Source of the DNA: Eledone cirrhosa
Taxonomy: Eukaryota
NCBI GenBank assembly: GCA_964016885.1
Contig: OZ024746.1
Location: 9,858,001-9,922,000, forward strand
DNA: 64,000 nt
Direction of reading: 5' to 3'
Positions 56,118 through 64,000 of this stretch are shown in pieces. Each line of letters starts with the position of its first letter. The first letter of the stretch is position 1. The notes beneath the pieces were generated by a model. The model had not been told where the DNA came from, searched no databases, and saw only the letters and a program-made list of their open reading frames with translations. A program made the translations under genes and the position numbers.

Positions 56118-56439
56118 TGTTTTAGGCATGTGCTTTTTCGGCGGCAAATTCTGTGAAGGTCATCAGCAGAACTATGAACCCATTAATATCATCAACACTA
56201 CTACTAGTACTACAACTACTCCAATCTCTACCATCACCAACACCACCATCACCAACAACAATAATAGTACCACAACTGTCACAGACATTATTAATTCTAC
56301 TGTTATTACTACTACTACTACTTCTGCTACTATATTCCCACCACTCCAAAAACGGACATCTACAACCAGCAAAATTAGTTGTCACTGCAAAAGAGCTAAT
56401 TTTGATTCCCTTCTTTGGGCGTTTATAACAACTTTTCAG
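56118..56439 (+). CDS. Cav3: Cav3 mutually exclusive exon 12b-type with a long Thr/Asn-rich turret insert
   Basis: Acceptor tttatctccccacctgcatgcAG, donor GTAACC. 322 nt, phase 2 to 0, the same as 12a, with no stop. (S)VLGMCFFGGKFC...[T/S/N-rich]...SCHCKRANFDSLLWAFITTFQ. GGKFC, the terminal CxC and RANFD are 12b hallmarks. Confidence 0.88.
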
Positions 56440-57708
56440 GTAACCATTCCTTTGTTTGCTTTGAGGGTGAGGAGGTGGGTAAGGGTTTTGCATGCTTTGG
56501 GCCTTTTTTGTTTTTTTGTAACTCTCAGTATTCTTTATTGTCTTAATGTTGTTGTTGCTGTTGTTATTGTTCTTGTTTAGTGCTTCATTAGTAGAATCCA
56601 CAAAGTTATCCATTTCTCCACACCTTTACTAATTCTTGAATGAAACTGGCCTTCTCCTATTTTGTTGAATTTCTGTAAATGAAACATTAAATGCAAAAAA
56701 ATGTATATGTATATAATTTAAATGGGAAGGCAAGCTTCTCTTGTGCTATATATACTTCTTTAATACATTTTGATTCTTCTTGCCATTTTTTTTTTTGTTT
56801 TTGATATACATATATAATTGTGGGTTGGAAAGATGTGCAAATTTTCAGCGTTTACATAAATAATTTGAAAGAAATTATTTACACCTGAAAAGAGAGTGAC
56901 TCTTTATATATTTATTTATTTATTTTTTTTTTTTTATTATTGCTCATTAAGCTCCTTCAAGTAAGAAATACTTACCTGTAATCTAAATTTGAGCTGACAA
57001 CTAAATGAAAGATTATTCTAGCAGTTTAACTATATGGCTAGCCTCCTCCTCCTCTTCTCCTTCTTATCTATCTTCTTCTCCATCTTCTTCTCTGTCTTTT
57101 CTTCTTCTTCGTCTTTTCTTCTTCTTCTCTTTCTTCTCATCTTTCTTCTTCTTCTTCTTCTTCTTCTTCTTCTTCTTCTTCTTCTTCTTCTTCTTCTTTC
57201 TTCTCCTTCTCTTTCTTCTTCTTCTTCTTCTCTTTCTTCTTTCCTGAGAGGGTCGTTGGGTCAGAGACCTCAGATATACCTTCCAGAGTGCCCTACCAGA
57301 AGCAACTGTCACCAAAGGGTACAGCTGAATCCCCAAGCAGGACTGAGGCTATGGATGTTATCCAACCATCTTGCTCGTGAACTACCTCTGTGTCTCTGGA
57401 AGGTGTGGGATGGTTGCACAGAGGTTGCTTATCCCAGGGCCCCAAAAAAGGTCCAGAAAGGAGCAAATGTTAACAATTTGTAAGTGAAGCATTACGTCCC
57501 TTACAGGTAAGAAGCAGTAACAATGTGAGGAGGCCAGATGTTACCTGCTAGATATAGTTGGGATTTCCTCAACAAAGATCCATAGCTCCAACATTATATA
57601 TTTGCTTACGGGGCTTCCCATATTTGAAAATGTTTTGTTTCTTTTTACAACTTCCTGCCTGATAATTTTATTATATGAAAGAACATTATGAAAAAGATGT
57701 TCCTTACA

Positions 57709-57774
<66 letters not shown>

Positions 57775-60240
57775 GTGTGTGTGTGTGTGTATGTGTGTGT
57801 GTGCATATGTTGTAGAGAAGGTTAGATAAGAATGTGTTTCATTTGACAATTTGTTTTTTATATATTACAGTAAAGACAGTAAATCTTTACTAGAGCTCCA
57901 AATATCCAATCATTTAAGAAGGCATTACTAGTACAGGTATGACTTAGTGGTTCAGAAGTTTGCTTTGCAGCAATGTGGTTTAGGTTTGATTCCATTATGT
58001 ACAACCTTCAGCAAATATCTTGAAAAGTTATATGCAAAAAATATATATGTATGTAATTTAAAAGTGAAGACGAGCTTCCCTGATGCTATATATAATTTTT
58101 TAATTCATTCTAGGTTTTCTTACCATTTTTAGGGGTTTTATTACATATATTATTATGGTTCAGAAAGATGTGAACATTTTCTGTATGTACTTAAACAATT
58201 TGAAGGAAACTATTTACACCTGAGAAGAGCCGTTCTTTATTTTCAAATATGGGTAGCCCAATAAATTGCTAAAATAATCTTTCTATCATAGATTTGGGTT
58301 TGATGATGTTGCTGACATAATTGTGTGTAGCTTTCACAGATATATATATCAGCAAAGGATGTACACATTGATTAAACAACTAATAATACCTAGATGTATT
58401 TAGTCCATCTGAATTACATAGACACATCCTTCATCGTCATAGGTTAGACAGGTTTGTAACGAAGTGAAGCAAGTCAGGTGACTATGACTTGCTCCTATAC
58501 TCCATTTTTGCCTTGGTTTCTATGGCTGGATGCCATTTCTAATACCAACCACTTTAGAAACTGTACTTGGACCATTTTATTGTAACACAAACACTACCAC
58601 CTTGCAGGGTGGACTGGGTGCTTTTCGTCCTGGTACCTAACACCTGCACAACCACATTACAAAATGGGCCATGTGCATTTCATCATGGTAGCAGTAGCAG
58701 CACTATCTCATTATAACACTAAAGCACACAGTGTGTCCTTGGTCAAGCTGGGAAACATTGATGGAAATGCAGGTATATAAATAAGAGTGCAGGCTATATG
58801 CTATTTGCTGGAGTGGGGGAGAGATATCCCCTCGTGGGAGAGAAAGCATAAAGTCATGGGGGTTGCCTTGAAGCAAGTGAAAGATGTATAACACATTGTG
58901 AGATATATCTGACTTTTGTGTTGGCCTGGGTTAGACAGGAAAGATGAGTCAGGGTTGTGAGTGTGGAGAGGAAATGGGTTGGATATTTTATCCCACTTAG
59001 GAAGGTGATTCTTCTGAAGTACAGCATGTCACCATTCAACTTCAACATTGTAAATCCAATGAACCAGTGATTGGCCCTTTGGAAGTCTATCACTAATGAT
59101 ATAAAATGCATGATATATAATCAAAAATATATAAAATAGTATATTCCAGTACCCTTCAGCCAGTCCTAACTATTCCAGATATCAAAATGTTTCATACAAG
59201 GTTTGAATTCATTGCTTGCTGATTATTTTGGCTGAGAAACAACAGTCAGATATAAAAAACAACTCATACAAATTACAACATTTCTGGAAGAGTTCAGCTT
59301 CTCCTAACATTTAAATGCAATCGAAGAAATAAGATTTAGAAATCTCTATCCTCATCAAAAATACCTTGAAGCAAAAAAAGAAAGACTTTCAAAATATTGC
59401 TTTTAATTTGTGTTTAATTTATCTTTGTTTTCTCTTGAATATCTTCTGGTTTAATTCTAAGATAATATTTGTTTAGTAATGTGTTGCTCTTAATCAGATA
59501 ATGGTAAGGAATTTATGAAGTGTAGTACTATGTAGATTGATAAAACTGAACAACAGAAACCTTTTTACTATAATCTGATGATGAAAAAGATATTCCAAAC
59601 ACTTCCTTATATCTGTGTATGTATGTAAGTATGTGTGTGAGTGCATATGTTGTTGTTGTTGTTGTGGCTGAATCTTTACATTACAACAGGCAATAAAATA
59701 AACTTGCTTCCTGTAAAAAGAAGACAACAGAAACTATTGTTTATTTAAACAAAATGGATTTAATTATTAATTAAAAAAACTCATTAGTAAAAGAAGAATT
59801 CGTTAATTAAAGCATGAAGGTGAAAAGGCTTAAAATTGTGAATAAGTACAATCAGAGGATAAGAAATATAGGGAACAACCATAAAGGAAACAACCAATGA
59901 AATAAATCAGATAAAAGAAGGAATAGCTAGTTTACATGACTGAAACATGAAATCTTGATAAACTGTCTTTCGACAAGAGTAAACACAAGATGAACTCGAA
60001 AAGGACAGTATTTAGCATATTAGTTATCACCAGTTAGGTGATTTGAATATCTTACTAAGCAAAACAAAAATAGCTTGTTGATGTTTCATATATATATATA
60101 TATATATAAGTATTAATAAAATAAATGTTCTTTTGATCAATTACATTTTTATTATACATATTTCAGAATTAATTAACAAAAAAAGTGAATTATTCTCTAA
60201 TTGCCTCCATAAAGCTATGTCTACTTTTTTAGCCTCGCAT

Positions 60241-60825
60241 AAAACGAGAAAGAACCAATAACAACTCGGTTACCCCAGGAATATAATCAACAGTAAAAAA
60301 CATCAATGGCCTTTAATATTGATTTATTTTATGGATATCTATAGAAAAAACAACGTTAGAATAAATGACAATATTTCAATTAGCATGCCTAAACATTGAT
60401 ACACACAACTTTATTTGTTAGCTTTGATCAACACCATCATTTGTCTATAATTTAGTACAATACCTAATCTTTACATATCTACTGAATTTATTTAACTGTG
60501 AATTTTTAATACATTTGTAATCTAATACATTTGTAATCTAAAACGAGAAAGAAAGAACCAATAACAACCCGGTTACCAGGAATATATAATCAACAGTAAA
60601 AAACATCAACGGCCTTAATATTGCTTTATTTTATGGATATCTATGGAAAAAACAACGTTAGAATGAATGACAATATTTCAATTAGCATGCCTAAACATTG
60701 ATACACACAACTTTATTTGTTAACTTTGATCAACACCATCATTTATCTATAATTTAGTACAATACTTAATCCTTACATATCTATTGAATTTATTTAACTG
60801 TGAATTTTTAATACATTTGTAATCT
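60241..60825. repeat. tandem duplication of about 290 bp
   Basis: aaacgagaaagaaccaataacaac...aatacatttgtaatct occurs twice (from 60241 and 60541) with scattered differences. Confidence 0.9.
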
Positions 60826-62182
60826 CTTTTAACTTTTAGAGTTTTATACCCAATCCAAAAATGTTTACGAAATTTATCTATAACTCCAAATGTTTAATGA
60901 CTTTTTGATCTATTATTTATAGTATAATATAGCATATATTTCTTTTAATTATACTTACTGCACTATAATATCTAAATTTGAGACAGATTCAAACTTATAT
61001 ATAAATGTGAATTTTTTCGCTGTACGTTCGATCTCTTATTTATTTATTTATTTATTTATAATATAATAGTTTTATAATATATATATATAGTTATATATTG
61101 TATTTTATATATTTTTAAATATTTTTAAATATATCTACCATACTTCTATATACATGTTTCAAATATAGAGAAAATATCCAAACTAAAAACTATTATAGAC
61201 ATTATTTTGAATTTTATACATGCACTCATTGTTCGTTTTTCTTATATGTATATATATATATATATATATTTAAATGTAACACGTTGTTAAGAGTATAACT
61301 GTTATCATTTACCTAAAGTATACTACATTAATAATACCTAATATATATCTAGTTATATATTGTATTTTATATATTTTTTTATATTTTTAAATATACCTAC
61401 CATACTTCTATATACATAATAATACCTAATATATATCTAATAATACCTAATATATATCTCTATATATACATATCTAATAATACTATATCTAATAATACGT
61501 TGATATCTTGGTTGAAGAATAATTATCTATAAATTTTATCTGTAACATATTATTTTATTTTATTTTATTTTTACCTTATACATACTGACTCATTAATATA
61601 TACCTATATACATAATATTTATAACAATAAGTACTTTAAAAGCTTTACATACCTAATATGTTGAGATATTTCTTAAAGTTTAGATTTAGCTAATTAATCA
61701 ACAGTATAATATTTCTTTGTTTACGTGCCAGCTGAATCCTTTAAAATGTTATTCTCACAATTCAGAAGTTTAGAAATGATAACACACTTATCGAATTTAT
61801 ATATATAAATAAATAGCAAATAATCCTGAAATTTGGAGTCTTCACATTAATATTATAAATTAAATATTTCCAAATTCTAACCATTTAACTTTCGAAACCC
61901 TCCACACACACTTTATCTTTCCCTCCTTATAAATCTTTTTCCAGTGGCTATCACTGGCTGTTATGAATCATGAGACGTCTCCCTAGATATTGTATCATAC
62001 AATTTAAAATTTTAGAACACTTTAAGTATGCAACGTTTTTTCTTACTCACAAATTCTCTAATGAATTCATTACGTTTTCGCACTCTCACACAAATATTAT
62101 ATAAGCAAAATTTTTCTATCGCGTAATCACTACTTTCATTAAATCTTAACCATTTAACATCTCAGGATATGTCATGTATCAT

Positions 62183-62241
62183 TATATTTTGTCTGATGAG
62201 GACGTACAGTTGTACATCTGAAATATGTATAATAAAATGTA
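62183..62241 (+). ncRNA. minimal type I hammerhead ribozyme motif
   Basis: tatattttgt-CUGAUGA-ggacgtaca(gt)tgtacatct-GAAA-tatgta-UA-ataaaatgta. Stem I is 10 bp including G-U pairs and stem II is long. Confidence 0.72.
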
Positions 62242-63599
62242 ATTGATCAAAAGAACATCTATTTTATTAATATTTATATTAATAACTCCTGAAAATTATT
62301 TTCAGTTGAGTGCTTCCAATCTACTGTAAAACTCATTCTTTGACATAATCATCGAATATTGTTTAACAACTTAATACTTATATATATATATATATATATA
62401 CCGTCTAACCCATGCTAGCGTGGAAGATGGACGTTAAACGATGATGATGATGATGATGAAATATATATATGTAGTTCCAGATAAATAAGATGAATACAGA
62501 GATAAAATAGCTTCACATTTGTTGGAAAAGTAAAATGAATTTACTAATATTCTTTTACTGGTTTCAGTCATTTGTGTGTGGCAGAGGTATTGATTTGAAT
62601 TGATTTAGTCAATCATATCGAATTCAGTATTTATTTTTCCAGGTCTGGAAAATATTATTGATCACTTTTTACAAAACCTCTAGGTTCAACATAAAGAAAC
62701 ACAGCTATACATCATCATCACCATCACCACCATCACCACCACCATCATCACCACCACCACCACCATCACCATCATCACTACCACAACCACTGCTTAACGT
62801 CCATTTTTCCCATGCTAGCATGGGTTAGAGTGAGATGAGTTGTCCCATTGTGCAACTAGCCAGATAAGATGACCATGGCTTTCTCATTCAGAAATATATA
62901 TATACTAAACTTAAGATACATAAGTTTGTTCTCCTTTTAAACGTATTACAAATCAATATGAGTTTTGATGTATCTTCATGCCTAAAAGCATTCCTCTGCA
63001 GGAATAATTATACCATTATTGGGTAAGTTCAATTTGCTGTTGTAGAGATTGGACTTTGCTCCAGAAACAGCATTAAAGACAATAATGTTTCTTCTCTGAG
63101 GATTCTGAAGTGCATGAGCCTTATAATAATATATATATCGATACACATATATATCGACCTGTTGTATTGTAATTGTACTTATAGATGAAATACTGTGTAA
63201 GGAGTAAATCTTGTTTTTAAATGTATTGCCTTCTCCTCCATTTATTTTTGCTTATATGTATATATATATATATAGTGTATCAGTTCCCGTATGGGCAAGA
63301 CAAGGTCACCCTTCCTGGCATTTCCCACAAAAAGACAACCCATGCTAGCATGGAAGAATGGACGTAAAACAGTGATGATGATGATAATGTGATTCAGTGA
63401 ATTGCAGGTGGTGATACCAAAACAAGCTCTCGATACACAGGCAGAGTGTATGTATTGATAAAAACTTTGTCAGATCACCAGTCTGAATAGCAGATCAGTA
63501 ATGGATCAGGTCCATAACTTCTATGTGACCCATACACAATAAAAAAACTAACTACATGTATACAAAACTACATCATTTTTATCAATATATATATATATA

Positions 63600-64000
63600 T
63601 CATCATCATCATCATCATCACCGTTTTACGTCCGTTCTTCCACGCTAGCATGGGTTAGACGGGTTGTCCTGTTGTGGGCAGTGTCTGGTCGGCTGACCAT
63701 GCCTTGCTCATACAGGAACTGATCTGGCTTGATTTCTACAGCTGGATGCCCTTCCTAACACCAACCTCATTTACAGTGAGTGCTGGGTGCTTTTTCGTGG
63801 CGCCTACACGTCCACTTTACAGTGTGGGCTGGGTGCTTTTTTGCCGTGGCACCTCCACGACCACCTTGCGGTGGGGGGGGGGGGCATATTGTTTATATGC
63901 TTCAGCATGTACCCATGGGAGGTCGGGTACCCTGTATTACTGCGTGACGCCAGAAGTCACGGTCGTGTGTCATTGACTTTGAGAGGTGTAGTTGGGTAAG
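63600..64000 (-). mobile_element. 3' end of an RTE LINE (same family as 23622-24580), running off the window edge
   Basis: Highly similar reverse complement of 24175-24575 with a (CAT)n tail. Confidence 0.88.

Larger units (their letters stand above)
60108..62380 (+). mobile_element. decayed Penelope-like retroelement: inverted partial pseudo-LTR at the 5' end, hammerhead-bearing pseudo-LTR at the 3' end
   Basis: 60108-60167 is the reverse complement of about 62217-62275. Both ends lie in (TA)n and there is a hammerhead at 62183-62241. No intact ORF. Confidence 0.6.

Noticed and set aside
56159-56378. Thr-rich insert as a small intron inside exon 12b
   Set aside because: The only nearby GT (GTCATC) is a poor donor, there is no pyrimidine tract before the candidate AGs, and the frame is open throughout. 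RNA data are still needed to exclude it formally.
57243-57510. GC-richer segment beside (CTT)n, considered as an exon or HDV-like ribozyme
   Set aside because: No Cav3 homology and no nested double-pseudoknot could be built by eye. Probably a retroelement fragment.

Overview
AT-rich, microsatellite-dense eukaryotic DNA. The repeat landscape looks like that of a coleoid cephalopod, probably an octopod (inference). The whole window lies inside one + strand gene, a T-type voltage-gated calcium channel (Cav3, CACNA1G/H/I family). Four domain II exons are readable: 483-634 (IIS2-S3), 5037-5222 (IIS4 voltage sensor to S5), and two mutually exclusive IIS5-P turret exons, 12a-type at 33436-33577 and 12b-type at 56118-56439. 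These two keep the Lys/Ala (RKNFD vs RANFD) difference linked to Na+ vs Ca2+ preference in snail Cav3. The 12b-type exon is very unusual. It has 107 codons, lacks the middle CxC, and carries a roughly 60-residue Thr/Ser/Asn mucin-like insert with five N-glycosylation sequons over the pore. The introns hold many (TA)n-targeted Penelope-like remnants: several minimal type I hammerhead ribozyme motifs and at least eight long fold-back palindromes, some centred on a hammerhead stem II. They also hold TTAA/piggyBac-type MITEs, two tRNA-derived SINE families, RTE and CR1/L2-type LINE fragments, and a minisatellite that inverts at a young LINE insertion. Almost all ORFs in the supplied track are microsatellite artefacts.
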